Shown piece by piece: positions 16,833 to 26,968 of a stretch of 64,000 bases of DNA. Both the position numbers and the translations under genes were made by a program. The stretch comes from Gammaproteobacteria bacterium (GTDB lineage: Bacteria > Pseudomonadota > Gammaproteobacteria > Natronospirales > REEB76), in contig DATIVR010000017.1 in NCBI GenBank assembly GCA_035465695.1, positions 71 to 64,070 on the forward strand. The letters are read 5' to 3'. Within the stretch, counting starts at the first letter, position 1, and every line of letters starts with the position of its first letter. Under the pieces are notes generated by a model, which saw only the letters and a list, made by a program, of their open reading frames with translations, had not been told where the DNA came from and made no database searches.

Positions 16833-19289
16833 TTATTGCGGATCCACGTAAGTATCGAACTGCCGCCAGATGCGGCGGTACTCGTCGAGCCAGCTCGCCG
16901 CATCGTGAAAGTCGTGGTGTTCGGTGGGATAGAACATCACATCGAAGTTGGGATTGCGCAGCTCGATGAGCTTCTGGGTCATGTGCACGGTGTCGATGAA
17001 GAAGACGTTGTCGTCCTCGATACCCTGCATGATCAGCAGGTGGCCCTTCAACTGGCCTGCGTAGTTGATGGGCGAGCTGTCGTAATACGCCTGCGGGTCG
17101 ACGTTGGGACGATTGAGGATGGCGGCGGTGTAGCCGTCGTTGTAATCGGCCCAGTCACCCACCGGGCGCAACGCGGCACCGGCCTGGAACAGGTCAGGGG
17201 CACGGAACATCATCATGTAAGTCATGAAGCCGCCATAGGACCCGCCCCACACACCCAGCCGTTTCGGGTCGGCGCCATAATTGTGCTCGAGCCAGTGCAC
17301 CCCATCGGTGACGTCCTCCACTTCCGGGTGCCCCATCTGGCGATAGATGGCGGTGCGCCAGTCGCGGCCATAGCCCGCCGAGCCGCGGTAGTCCATGTCC
17401 ATAACTATGTAGCCGTGCTCGGTGAGGAAGGTGTCGAACATGAACTCGTGGTAGTAGTAGGACCACCCTGAGTGCGCGTCCTGCAGATAACCCGCGCCAT
17501 GGATGAACACGATGGCGGGGTAACTCTTGCTGGGCACATAGGTCTTCGGAAGATATAGGCGGGCGTAAATACCATGTGCCGCACCATGGGTCGAAGGTAC
17601 CTGCACTATCTGCGGCTTCACCCAGTCGATGCCGGCGAAGGCGCTGGACACGGTGTAGGTGAGGCGCACCGCCTTGCCATTGGGCTGCGCATCCACGGCA
17701 TAGATCTCCGGCGGCCGATCTGTCATGGAGTGGTAGACCATGAGCTTGCTCTCGTCCGGCGATAGCGTGAAGCTCTCGTTGGCGTGCAACGCCGGCTGGA
17801 TGCCATTGATGCCGCCAAGATCGGTGACTGCCTGCATGTCGCCGCGGGCGACGTCCACCCGATAGATCTCCCAGGTGCCCGGCGCAGTCTTATTGGCGCT
17901 GACGAAGAAATACTTGTCGTCGTGGGTCAAGAACACCCCTGGATCGATCTCAAAGCTGCCTTTGGTGAGCAGCCTGGCAGTTTTGGTCGACGTGTCTTTC
18001 ACATACAGGTGCGACCAGCCGTCAGCCTCCGACAGGTACCAGAGGCTATGGTTGTCATGCATCCAGCCGAAATCGTTGAAGGTCCAGTTGATCCAGGCGT
18101 CGTTGTGCAGGCGTTCCTGGGTGACCAGCGACTTTCTGGCGAAGTCTACGGTGGCGAGCCAGCGGTCCTTGAAGTCGTTGGCGATGAACTGCATGGCCAT
18201 GCCCGAACCGTCATCGCTGAACTCCAGGTCGTTGACCGAGACCTCACGCACCGCCGGCGCCTTCACCGAATCCTCCGCGGTGCTCTTGGCGATGCCATGC
18301 TGCATGTCCCACTCCACTGCGCTCTTGCGCAGGGCTGCGAGCGGATCGGTTTTGATGCCAGGGAGCTGTGTCAGGTCCAGGTCGAAACTGGAATGGTTCA
18401 GCAGATCCAGCACCTTCACCTGCTGCGCGGGCGGCGGGTTCAGCCCAACATAAGTGTGTTGCTTGCTGGTCTCGACGTAGCCGCTGTCGGTGATGTAGTT
18501 GGGCATGATGCCCGGCTCGCCTTCCTGGTAGTCCTTGGGCTGCGTCACCACTGCCAGCCAGCGGCCATTGGGCGAGAGCGCCGTAGCGGCGATGTCCACA
18601 CCCTTGCCGAGATAGTACGGGGCAGGTGCCCGGGTGGGATCGGCACCCTGCTGTGTCGCCTGCTGTTCGACATAGGCCTGTTTGTTGGCGGCGCGGGTGG
18701 AGAGGAAATCGAACAGCCGCGGCTGTTCCGCCTGCAGGTAGTTCTGGGGAGGCTTGTGCTTGTCCGGGTCATCGGAGGTACGCAAGTCTGCCGCCTCGGC
18801 GGTCACGCCGTTGTCCAGGTCATAGACATAGATATCGTTGCCCTCATGCCACTGCACATGCCTGCCGTCTGCCAGGAAGGCGGGTGCATCCTTCTTGCCC
18901 TTATAGCGGGTGAGCTGGCGCAACCGGCCGGTAAGCACGCTGCGCACGAACACGTTCTCGTCGCGCACGAACACTTGTTCGGTGTGGTCACGATTGAAAC
19001 TGCCGTTGCGGCCCGGCGCGTCGGCAAGTTCCGCGTCGCTGAGCTTCTTCGGATCTCCCCCACCCACGCTCACCTGGTAGAGGTCCTCGAGCTGGCTGCC
19101 GTCGCGTTTCTGGTAATAGAGGATGCTCTTGCTGTCCTGGCTCCAGTACCCCTCCACCGGAGGATTACCGATCCAGTCCCGGTCAGCCATGATCTGTTCC
19201 AGAGTCACACCGGTGGTGGCAGCCGGGGCTGCCAGGACGGGGAGTGCGGCGACGGCGCCGGCGAGGAAGGCAAGGATACGGCGATGCAT
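16833..19289 (-). CDS. Exported S9-family serine peptidase (dipeptidyl-peptidase IV / prolyl oligopeptidase type)
   Basis: 818 aa with signal peptide MHRRILAFLAGAVAALPVLAAPA. N-terminal beta-propeller region. C-terminal alpha/beta hydrolase with WGGSYGGFM (GxSxG) and later DDNV/EHH elements. Confidence 0.88.
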   Translation of the reverse strand: MHRRILAFLAGAVAALPVLAAPAATTGVTLEQIMADRDWIGNPPVEGYWSQDSKSILYYQKRDGSQLEDLYQVSVGGGDPKKLSDAELADAPGRNGSFNRDHTEQVFVRDENVFVRSVLTGRLRQLTRYKGKKDAPAFLADGRHVQWHEGNDIYVYDLDNGVTAEAADLRTSDDPDKHKPPQNYLQAEQPRLFDFLSTRAANKQAYVEQQATQQGADPTRAPAPYYLGKGVDIAATALSPNGRWLAVVTQPKDYQEGEPGIMPNYITDSGYVETSKQHTYVGLNPPPAQQVKVLDLLNHSSFDLDLTQLPGIKTDPLAALRKSAVEWDMQHGIAKSTAEDSVKAPAVREVSVNDLEFSDDGSGMAMQFIANDFKDRWLATVDFARKSLVTQERLHNDAWINWTFNDFGWMHDNHSLWYLSEADGWSHLYVKDTSTKTARLLTKGSFEIDPGVFLTHDDKYFFVSANKTAPGTWEIYRVDVARGDMQAVTDLGGINGIQPALHANESFTLSPDESKLMVYHSMTDRPPEIYAVDAQPNGKAVRLTYTVSSAFAGIDWVKPQIVQVPSTHGAAHGIYARLYLPKTYVPSKSYPAIVFIHGAGYLQDAHSGWSYYYHEFMFDTFLTEHGYIVMDMDYRGSAGYGRDWRTAIYRQMGHPEVEDVTDGVHWLEHNYGADPKRLGVWGGSYGGFMTYMMMFRAPDLFQAGAALRPVGDWADYNDGYTAAILNRPNVDPQAYYDSSPINYAGQLKGHLLIMQGIEDDNVFFIDTVHMTQKLIELRNPNFDVMFYPTEHHDFHDAASWLDEYRRIWRQFDTYVDPQ

Positions 19290-19321
19290 GGCGGGTCCTT
19301 AAGGTTGGTTCATCCGGATGG

Positions 19322-20452
19322 TCAAGAGAGAGCCTGGGCAAGGTCGGCGATGAGGTCGTCGGGATGCTCCAAGCCCGCGGAGATGCGCAGGAGGTTCTTC
19401 GGAGTCGGGCTCTCGGGTCCCTCCACCGAGGCGCGATGTTCGATCAGGCTCTCCACCCCCCCTAGACTGGTCGCGCGGGTGAAAAGTCTCACCTGGGCCG
19501 CGCAGCGCAAGGCCGCTTCGGCCCCGCCGCGCACGCAGAAAGACAGCATGGCGCCCGATCCGCGCATCTGGCGCTTCGCCAGTGCGAACTGCGGATGTGA
19601 CTCGAGACCCGGATGGAAGACTCGCTCCACTTTAGGATGCTTCTCCAGCCAGCGGGCGATGGCCAGCGCGTGCTCAGACTGGGCGCGCACCCGCACATCC
19701 AGCGTGGCCGTGCCGCGTAGCAGTAGCCAGCAGTCGAAGGGCGAGGGCACCGCGCCGCCGGCACCTTGCAGGAAGCGCAAGCGCTCCGCCAAGGGACCCG
19801 CCTCGCGGGCCACCAGCACGCCGCCTACCACGTCGCTGTGACCGCCCAGATACTTGGTGGCGCTATGCATCACCAGGTCCATCCCCAAGGCCAGTGGATG
19901 TTGCAGCGCGGGCGTGGCGAAAGTGCTGTCACACACGGAATAGGCGCCGGCAGCGCGGGCGATCTGCGCCACCGCTGCGATGTCGGTGAGCTTGAGCAGC
20001 GGATTGGAGGGCGTCTCGATCCAGATGAGGCGTGTGTCGCGGGTCACCGCGGCCTGGAGGGCATCCAGGTCGCTGGCATCGATATAGCTCACCTTCAGGT
20101 TCCAGCCGCTCATGATCTCGCGCAGGATACGTAACACACCGTGATATGCGTCGCGGGTGCAGACCACATGGTCGCCGGGCTTCAAGGCCTGGAACACCGC
20201 GCTGGCAGCAGCGCTGCCGGAACCGAAGGCGAAGGCCTCAGCGCCGCCTTCCAGCGCGGTGAGGCAGGTCTCGAGTTGCTCGCGATTAGGGTTGGTGCTG
20301 CGGCTATAGATATAGCCTTCCGCGCCGTAGTCCGGCTTGCGCTCGAAGGTGGTGGAGAGATGGATGGGCGGGGCGACGGCACCGGTGACAGGGTCGACAC
20401 GGCGTCCTGCATGCACGCACGTGGTCTCGAAGTGAGCGGGTTTCTCGGACAT
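19322..20452 (-). CDS. Cys/Met-metabolism PLP enzyme (cystathionine beta-lyase / gamma-synthase family)
   Basis: 376 aa with [15 protein letters not shown] and [11 protein letters not shown] (PLP lysine motif). The exact activity cannot be told from the sequence alone. Confidence 0.85.
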   Translation of the reverse strand: MSEKPAHFETTCVHAGRRVDPVTGAVAPPIHLSTTFERKPDYGAEGYIYSRSTNPNREQLETCLTALEGGAEAFAFGSGSAAASAVFQALKPGDHVVCTRDAYHGVLRILREIMSGWNLKVSYIDASDLDALQAAVTRDTRLIWIETPSNPLLKLTDIAAVAQIARAAGAYSVCDSTFATPALQHPLALGMDLVMHSATKYLGGHSDVVGGVLVAREAGPLAERLRFLQGAGGAVPSPFDCWLLLRGTATLDVRVRAQSEHALAIARWLEKHPKVERVFHPGLESHPQFALAKRQMRGSGAMLSFCVRGGAEAALRCAAQVRLFTRATSLGGVESLIEHRASVEGPESPTPKNLLRISAGLEHPDDLIADLAQALS

Positions 20453-20484
20453 GGGGACTCCGTGGCGGATGGACTACGACCGCG

Positions 20485-21765
20485 TCAGGAATACGACATC
20501 GCGACGACGCGGTTCCGTCCCTGGTTCTTGGCTTCATAGACTGCGCGATCCGCGACCTTGAAAAGGTCGTCGAAGCTCACGTTCTTGCCCAACGGACGCG
20601 CCGTCAGGCCGATGCTGGTGGTGACCGGGATGCCGTCCGGCCTCAGCTTCTCGACATACTTACGCAACTTCTCGGCATGGCGGCCGGCTTCCTCGGCGCT
20701 GCACTGGTTGAGGATCAACACGAACTCCTCGCCGCCCACACGCGCGGCGAAGTCACCCTCGCGGCAGGCTTGCTTGATGAGCATGCCCACCTTAGCCAGC
20801 ACCTTGTCGCCGGCCACGTGGCCGTGGTTGTCGTTGATCGCCTTGAAGTGGTCCAGGTCGATGATCAGCAGGCTGAGCTGGGTATCGTATTCGGTGGCTT
20901 CGCTGAAATACCGCGGCGCGAACTCATTGAGACCGGTACGGTTGTAGAGGCCGGTGAGCGGATCCTGCATGGCGAGCTGGTAGAGCTGCCGGGATTGCTC
21001 CTGCACACGGTCAAAGAGCTGCTTGCTGATGATGAGGTTACGCACGCGCGCGCGGACCTCCTCTTCCACCGGCGGCTTGGCGATGTAGTCGTTGACTCCC
21101 AGGCGGAAGAGCTCGATGCGCCGGGATGTCTCGTCCATGCCGGACAGGGCCAGGATAGGCACGCGGCGCTTGTCCGACAGGTAGCTGCGCACCCGGTTCA
21201 CCAGCCCCACCCCGCTCATCACGCCTTCCAGCAGGATGTCGCTGACGATCAGGTCGTAGTCGTGTTTCTCGAAGGCTGCCAGCGCCTCGTCAGCACTGCG
21301 GAAATGGTCCACTTGCAGGTTCATGTGACGCAGGATCTTGATCATGATGTGGGCGGCCACCATGCTGTCCTCGATGTACAGCACGCGGCCGGACAGTTCC
21401 TGCTGTTCCTCGGACAGGTACTGCTTGAGGCGCGCCTCCAGCTGCTCCTTGTCCATCTTCTCCTGGATCTCGGTGACGCCGGCCTCGAATGCCTGCTGGC
21501 GCAACGTCTTGTCCTGCGTCGAGGTGAGCAGGATGAAAGGTGTCTTGTGATGTTTGGGTAGCGCACGGACCTGGCGGCAGAAGCCGATGCCGCCTTCGCC
21601 GGGCAGCGACAGGGAGGCACAGATGAACTCCACTTCCTGGTCCTTGAGTACATCCATCGCCTCCTCGGCGCTGGAGACCGTGAGGCTCTGATGCCCGAGG
21701 TCAGCCACCATCTTGTTCCAGACGGTGCGCACGACCTTCGAGTGATCGACGATGAGGATGTGCAT
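20485..21765 (-). CDS. Response regulator with two receiver domains and a GGDEF diguanylate cyclase domain (PleD-like architecture)
   Basis: REC1 reads ILIVDHS...EFICASLSLPGEGG, with Ser at the expected phospho-Asp position. REC2 reads YIEDS...YDLIVSDILLEG...DYIAKP and is canonical. The GGDEF domain has RVGGEEF. Confidence 0.88.
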   Translation of the reverse strand: MHILIVDHSKVVRTVWNKMVADLGHQSLTVSSAEEAMDVLKDQEVEFICASLSLPGEGGIGFCRQVRALPKHHKTPFILLTSTQDKTLRQQAFEAGVTEIQEKMDKEQLEARLKQYLSEEQQELSGRVLYIEDSMVAAHIMIKILRHMNLQVDHFRSADEALAAFEKHDYDLIVSDILLEGVMSGVGLVNRVRSYLSDKRRVPILALSGMDETSRRIELFRLGVNDYIAKPPVEEEVRARVRNLIISKQLFDRVQEQSRQLYQLAMQDPLTGLYNRTGLNEFAPRYFSEATEYDTQLSLLIIDLDHFKAINDNHGHVAGDKVLAKVGMLIKQACREGDFAARVGGEEFVLILNQCSAEEAGRHAEKLRKYVEKLRPDGIPVTTSIGLTARPLGKNVSFDDLFKVADRAVYEAKNQGRNRVVAMSYS

Positions 21766-21785
21766 GGCTTGTTATAGGAATAATC

Positions 21786-21860
21786 CCGGCGGTGGACCCG
21801 ACCGCCGGTGCCATTTGATTCTACCCGCCATGGGCGGACGGGGGTAGGCGAACCCCCGTC
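21786..21860 (-). terminator. Two GC-rich hairpins downstream of the M28 peptidase gene (terminator-like)
   Basis: Hairpin 1: GACGGGGG-N8-CCCCCGTC (21837-21860). Hairpin 2: CCGGCGGT-N7-ACCGCCGG (21786-21808). On the minus strand the second is followed by GATTATTCC. There is no strong U-tract. Confidence 0.3.
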
Positions 21861-21888
21861 TGTGCGGATATTTCTGCTTGTTTAGGCT

Positions 21889-23502
21889 TTATTTCGGATG
21901 CTGAGCATCGCGCTCGGCCTTGAACGGCGACCCGGGCTTCCAGTCCGGCCATTGGCGCGAATCTGCCAAGACTTGCCCGGTGTCGTACATGAGCGTCAGT
22001 TGTTGCAGCATGCCGCTCAGGTCCCAGGACGGGTCGTATACGTCAGCGGGCTTGTGGTAGCGGTGAGCGGTGTAGTCCTGCTGTTGTTGCAGGCCCCAGC
22101 CCGCGGGATGGCCCACATAGTCCGTACCCAGTGCGATGCTTAGGGCCGGGACCCCGGCCTTGGCGAATTCGAAATGATCGGCACGGAAGTAATAGCCCTT
22201 CTCGGGCTGCGAATCCTGCGCGAGTGTCATCCCCTGGGCCTTGGCTTGGGCCGCTAACACGTCGTCCACGCCGGACATGAAACGGCCACGCACGGTGATG
22301 TCGCGGGTCTTGCCGAAGGTGTCCAGCACGTCCATGTTCAGGTCCGCCACGGTATGGGAGAGCGGGAACAGCGGGTGCGCCACGTAGTAAGCCGCGCCCA
22401 GCAGGTCCTGCTCCTCTGAGGTGGTGGCGAGAAACAGCACGCTGCGTTCCGGTTTGGATCGCGCTGTGACGCGCGCGATCTCCAACAGGCCTGCGATGCC
22501 TGAGCCGTTATCGATGGCGCCGTGGAATATTTGTGGCTTGCCATCCTGAGTCTCACGTTGTCCCAGGTGATCCCAGTGGGCCGAATAGACCACCACGTCC
22601 TCCGGCTGTTTGATGCCTTTCACCAGGCCCACGACGTTGTGGGAGACGATGTCCTTGACGGTGTCGTGCAAGGTGATATTGGCGGCGAGCTTGAGGGGTA
22701 CCCCTTTGAAGCCGGGCCGGTCGGCCTGCTTCTGCAGTTCGTCGAACTTGAGTCCGGCCGCGCTGAAGAGCTTCTCCGCGGCTTCATGGCTGAGCCAGCC
22801 CTGGATGGCTGATTCGTAGCCGCTGCCGGGCGTCAGCTCTTCGAGGGGACCGGTCCAGCTGCCTTGCACCACTTCCCAGGGATAACCTGCGGGTTCGGTG
22901 TCGTGGACGATGAGCACGCCGGCCGCACCCTGGCGCGCCGCTTCTTCATATTTATATGTCCAGCGCCCGTAATAGGTCATGGCACGGCCCTGGAAGAGTG
23001 ACGGGTCGGCGTGCCCGGGATCATTGACCAGCACCACGACCGTCTTGCCCTTCACGTCGAGGCCTGCATAGTCGTTCCATTTATATTCCGGTGCCACCAC
23101 GCCGTAACCCACGAACACCAGCGGACTGTCCTTGAGGGCCACGGTGGCGTCAGTCCGCGGTGAACTCACCACCATGTCGGTGCCGTAGGCGAACTTGAGG
23201 GGGGCCGCGCTGCCGCCGGTGACGGTGAGCTCCGTATTCGGGTCCGCGGTGATCTGCTTCATGGGCACCGCCTGGAGCCAGGAACCGCCGTTGGCCGGTG
23301 TCAGGCCGTACTGCTTGAACTTGCTGCTGATGTAATCGGTGGTGAGCTGCTCGCCTTTGCTGCCAGGCGCGCGACCACCGAAGGCATCAGAGGACAGGGT
23401 CTTGATGGTGTCGCGCAGGTTGGCCTCGTTGAAAGCGGGAGCTGCCATCGCCAGCAACGGCAAGGTCAATGCCAGGACAGAGATGACGACGCGCTTACGC
23501 AT
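21889..23502 (-). CDS. Exported M28-family aminopeptidase with PA (protease-associated) domain
   Basis: 537 aa with signal peptide MRKRVVISVLALTLPLLAMA. Motifs FGGRAPGSKGE, AHWDHLG, GAIDNGSGIAGLLE, TSEEQDLLGAAYY and ADHFEF. Confidence 0.85.
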   Translation of the reverse strand: MRKRVVISVLALTLPLLAMAAPAFNEANLRDTIKTLSSDAFGGRAPGSKGEQLTTDYISSKFKQYGLTPANGGSWLQAVPMKQITADPNTELTVTGGSAAPLKFAYGTDMVVSSPRTDATVALKDSPLVFVGYGVVAPEYKWNDYAGLDVKGKTVVVLVNDPGHADPSLFQGRAMTYYGRWTYKYEEAARQGAAGVLIVHDTEPAGYPWEVVQGSWTGPLEELTPGSGYESAIQGWLSHEAAEKLFSAAGLKFDELQKQADRPGFKGVPLKLAANITLHDTVKDIVSHNVVGLVKGIKQPEDVVVYSAHWDHLGQRETQDGKPQIFHGAIDNGSGIAGLLEIARVTARSKPERSVLFLATTSEEQDLLGAAYYVAHPLFPLSHTVADLNMDVLDTFGKTRDITVRGRFMSGVDDVLAAQAKAQGMTLAQDSQPEKGYYFRADHFEFAKAGVPALSIALGTDYVGHPAGWGLQQQQDYTAHRYHKPADVYDPSWDLSGMLQQLTLMYDTGQVLADSRQWPDWKPGSPFKAERDAQHPK

Positions 23503-23537
23503 GTTGCTTCCCTTTATGTGCGGTCATGGATCAGGGT

Positions 23538-24176
23538 TCAAGGCGGTAGCAGGAACGTGACGCCATGGAACTCCAGCACTGCGCCTTGCGGGACGATGTC
23601 CCTGAGCACAGGTCCCTCGGCGAGAGTGTCCCCGATACGGTATGTCTTGAGATTGATCACCACGAAGCGGTCAGCCGGCTTCGCGGCATATCCGTGCACG
23701 TCCATGTGCAGCGCCGGCAAGGCTTGCCGTATCTCCGGCGGCAGTTCGTCGATGCTCTGCAAGGCGCCCAAACCGGCCGCAACCGGAGCGCTCTGCGCTG
23801 CCTGCGGTCCGATCGTCGATGGATTTCCCGGCGGCGCCAGATGGGAGACGGGTGCCGGCACTGGGATAGGGCGCGCGGGTGAGGCAGGCGCCTCGTCGGG
23901 ACTGATGGCCTCCGAGGCGAGCGAGCGGACGGTGGGACGATAAGGGCTGCTCGCAGGCAAGGGCGTGGCAGCCGGAGCCTGCATGAGCGGCGCGGTATGG
24001 GGCCATAGGAAATAAAGGACCAGTGCGTTGACGGCGAGGATCGCGGCGATCAGCGGCAGCCACGGCACGGGCAGGCGGCTCGGTCCGGCAGGCATGTCAC
24101 CGCTGCCGAGCTGGCCGGTGAGGCTCTGCTGGCGGGTGCGTTCGGATTTGCGCAGGGCATCGAGTATGAGAGACAT
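23538..24176 (-). CDS. GspB/ExeB-like general secretion pathway accessory protein
   Basis: N-terminus MSLILDALRKSE followed by one TM helix and a Pro/Ala-rich linker. Its ATG overlaps the ExeA stop by 1 nt (TGATG at 24174-24178). Confidence 0.65.
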   Translation of the reverse strand: MSLILDALRKSERTRQQSLTGQLGSGDMPAGPSRLPVPWLPLIAAILAVNALVLYFLWPHTAPLMQAPAATPLPASSPYRPTVRSLASEAISPDEAPASPARPIPVPAPVSHLAPPGNPSTIGPQAAQSAPVAAGLGALQSIDELPPEIRQALPALHMDVHGYAAKPADRFVVINLKTYRIGDTLAEGPVLRDIVPQGAVLEFHGVTFLLPP

Positions 24177-25765
24177 CAGTGTCCTCCCACGGCCAACAGC
24201 GGCGTACCGGGGGTGCCGAGCGCAGTGGAGAGGCGCACCAAGGTCTCCTCGCCGGCGATGCCATCGGCCTGCATGTGCTGTTCCGTCTGGAAACGTTTCA
24301 CCGCCGCGGTGAGCGCAGCATCATAACGGGTGTCGCCCGAATTCTCGGTATGTTGCAAGGTCGCAAGCTGGCTGCGCAACCAAGCGACGTTGCTGCCGTT
24401 CATGCCCGGGGCCAGCGGGCGTGTCGCGTGGGCGTCGGGCCGCCACAGGAGGAGGTACTCGCCATACCAAAGCGGTTCGACTTCGCCCAACGGGAAACGC
24501 GCGCTGGCGGAGCCCGCCCGTAGGACAACGCTGCTATCGTCGATCTGGGTCATGACGAGCTGATGAGCGGCACCGTCGCTCGCGGTGAGGGTGACGATGG
24601 CCGGCAGGTTGAAGCCGCGCAAGTTGTTCCAGGTGCCGCGTCTATACAGGCAGCGCAGGCCCGAGGCTTCGGCCTCCCGGCAGGCACTGGCGCTGCCGTC
24701 GGGGGTATAGCTGGCGCCCCACAGGGAGAACAAGGTGCCGAATGCGGCATCGGTGTCGCTAGGGTGGGCAGGATCGGCGAGCCAGGTTGCGAGGTTTGGC
24801 GCGACCGGCTTGGGCGGCGCTGCGGCGGCTTGTGCCGTGGATCCCAGGCTCCCCTCGCTGCCGGCGCCGGTCCAGAACAGGCCCGTGGCAGCGGCCGCCA
24901 CCACCAGCAGCAGACTGGCCACCAGCAGCGCAGGGCGCAACGAAGGTCTGCCGCCCAGGCGTTCGCCGAGCACTTCGCGAGCTGCGCGTCGCACCATGGC
25001 CGCATCCACCTGGCGCAGCTCATGGGTGTAGGCGCCGAGCAGGGCGCGGTCGCAGATGATGTTGATGAGACGCGGGATGCCGCCGCTGATGCGCTGCAAG
25101 CTGCGCATCGCAGCGGCCGTGAAGATGGGCGCCATGGCACCGGAGATGGTGAGGCGGTGGTTCACGTAGGCGCGGGCCTCGCTACCGGAGAGCGGTGTCA
25201 GGTGATAGCGGCCGGTGATGCGTTGCGCCAGCTGGCGCAGCTCGGTCCGTCCCAGCAGTTCCCGGAGCTCCGGCTGGCCCACCAGTATGATCTGCAATAG
25301 CTTCTGCTGACGGGTCTCCAAGTTGGTGAGCAGGCGCACCTGCTCCAGCACTTCCGCCGAGAGCCCCTGCGCCTCGTCCACGATCAGCACCACACGCCGG
25401 CCCTTCTCGTGGGCTTTCAAGAGGTGCGCGTTGAGCGCATCAATCAGGTCCTGGGACGTCTGCGCGGGCTTCCAGTCGATGTCCAGTTCCCGGCAGATGC
25501 TGCGCAGGAACTCCAGTACCGACACCCGCGGGTTGATGATGAGCGCCGCGTCCACGTTGTCCGGCAGTTTTTCCAGGAGCGTGCGCACCAGTGTGGTCTT
25601 GCCGGTGCCCACCTCGCCGGTGAGCTGTATGAAGCCACCGCTCTCGGTGACGCCATAGAGCAGATGTGCCAGCGCTTCCGTGTGCCGCGCCGAGAGGAAC
25701 AGGAAGCGCGGGTCCGGGGTGATGGCGAACGGGTTGTCGCTGAGGCCGAAATAGCTCGCGTACAT
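24176..25765 (-). CDS. exeA: ExeA/GspA-like AAA ATPase with C-terminal peptidoglycan-binding domain
   Basis: MYASYFGLSDNPFAITPDPRFLFLS.., Walker A GEVGTGKTT, Walker B LIVDEAQ, one TM helix, and a C-terminal PG_binding_1-like YDAALTAAVKRFQTEQHMQADGIAGEETL. Confidence 0.85.
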   Translation of the reverse strand: MYASYFGLSDNPFAITPDPRFLFLSARHTEALAHLLYGVTESGGFIQLTGEVGTGKTTLVRTLLEKLPDNVDAALIINPRVSVLEFLRSICRELDIDWKPAQTSQDLIDALNAHLLKAHEKGRRVVLIVDEAQGLSAEVLEQVRLLTNLETRQQKLLQIILVGQPELRELLGRTELRQLAQRITGRYHLTPLSGSEARAYVNHRLTISGAMAPIFTAAAMRSLQRISGGIPRLINIICDRALLGAYTHELRQVDAAMVRRAAREVLGERLGGRPSLRPALLVASLLLVVAAAATGLFWTGAGSEGSLGSTAQAAAAPPKPVAPNLATWLADPAHPSDTDAAFGTLFSLWGASYTPDGSASACREAEASGLRCLYRRGTWNNLRGFNLPAIVTLTASDGAAHQLVMTQIDDSSVVLRAGSASARFPLGEVEPLWYGEYLLLWRPDAHATRPLAPGMNGSNVAWLRSQLATLQHTENSGDTRYDAALTAAVKRFQTEQHMQADGIAGEETLVRLSTALGTPGTPLLAVGGH

Positions 25766-25770
25766 GAGGC

Positions 25771-26949
25771 TTAGGCCAGGTCCGGGTCGTCGTCAAAGGA
25801 TACGCCTCGGCGCAGCATGTTGTCGCCGAACCGGTCGCGCACCGCATCGGCGGTGGATTCCAGGCGCTGACGCTTCGCCCGGCTTTCGTCAAATAGCTCC
25901 TGCTGCTCGTCGCCGGCGAAGTCGCGGGCTCCCACGCCCAGGAGCCGTAGCGGACGTAGCGGATGTTCCGCAAGCCAACGGGCCAGCAGCGCGCGGGCGA
26001 TAGGGTAGAGCGCGTCGAAGCTGGCATCCGCCGGCGTGAAGCGGCGCTGGCGGGTATGGCGGCTGAAGTCCGCTTCCCGCAACTTCACCACCACGGTTTG
26101 GGGCTTGAGGTCATTCTTGCGCAGGATCCGACACAGGTCCTCCGTGAGGGACCGCAGGATCGGATCCAGCTCGCGCAGGTCCGTCAGATCCCGTTCGAAG
26201 GTGGTCTCCTGGCTCACCGAACGTTCTCCACCAGAGCCGTCCACCGGCCGGTCATCGCGGCCTTCGGCCAGCGACTTGAAGCGCAGCGCCTGGGAGCCGA
26301 ACAGCGCCTTTAGCTTGGCTTCCGGCGCCAGCCGCAACTCGCGGATGGTGGCGATCTTGGCCCGCGCCAGGGATTCACCGGTGCGCGGGCCGATCCCCCA
26401 CATGGCAGTGACCGGTAAGGGATCCAAGGTGGCTTGCACCTCTTCCTGCTTCACATGCTGTAGCCCATCGGGTTTGCAACGCTGGGAGACGATCTTCGCG
26501 ACGAGCTTGTTGGGCGCAAGACCCACGGATGCGGTCAGGCCAGTGGCGGTACGGATGGTGTGCTTGATATGCCGGCCAAGCGTCAGTGGGTCATCACTGC
26601 CGACAGCGCCGGTGAGGTCCAAGAAGGCTTCGTCGAGAGACAGGCCCTGGATGACGGGCGTGAAGGACTCGAACACCTGAAATACCTGTTGCGACATCTC
26701 CCGATAGCGGGACATGCGTCCCTGGATGTATATGCCCTGCGGGCAACGGCGGCGTGCCTCGTACATCGGCATGGCTGAATGCACGCCGAACACGCGGGCT
26801 TCGTAGCTCGCGGCCGTCACCACGCCGCGGCTGCCGATGCCACCGACGATCACGGGTCTGCCGATGAGCTGAGGATTATCGAGTTGTTCCACGGACGCGT
26901 AGAAAGCGTCCATGTCCACGTGCGCGATGAGGCGCGGTAGTGCGGTCAC
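25771..26949 (-). CDS. dinB: DNA polymerase IV
   Basis: 392 aa with IAHVDMDAFYASVEQ, RPVIVGG, SLDEAFLDLTG and the little-finger region. Longer than the E. coli protein, with a C-terminal extension. Confidence 0.92.
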   Translation of the reverse strand: MTALPRLIAHVDMDAFYASVEQLDNPQLIGRPVIVGGIGSRGVVTAASYEARVFGVHSAMPMYEARRRCPQGIYIQGRMSRYREMSQQVFQVFESFTPVIQGLSLDEAFLDLTGAVGSDDPLTLGRHIKHTIRTATGLTASVGLAPNKLVAKIVSQRCKPDGLQHVKQEEVQATLDPLPVTAMWGIGPRTGESLARAKIATIRELRLAPEAKLKALFGSQALRFKSLAEGRDDRPVDGSGGERSVSQETTFERDLTDLRELDPILRSLTEDLCRILRKNDLKPQTVVVKLREADFSRHTRQRRFTPADASFDALYPIARALLARWLAEHPLRPLRLLGVGARDFAGDEQQELFDESRAKRQRLESTADAVRDRFGDNMLRRGVSFDDDPDLA

Positions 26950-26968
26950 AGCACACCGGGGCTATGGG

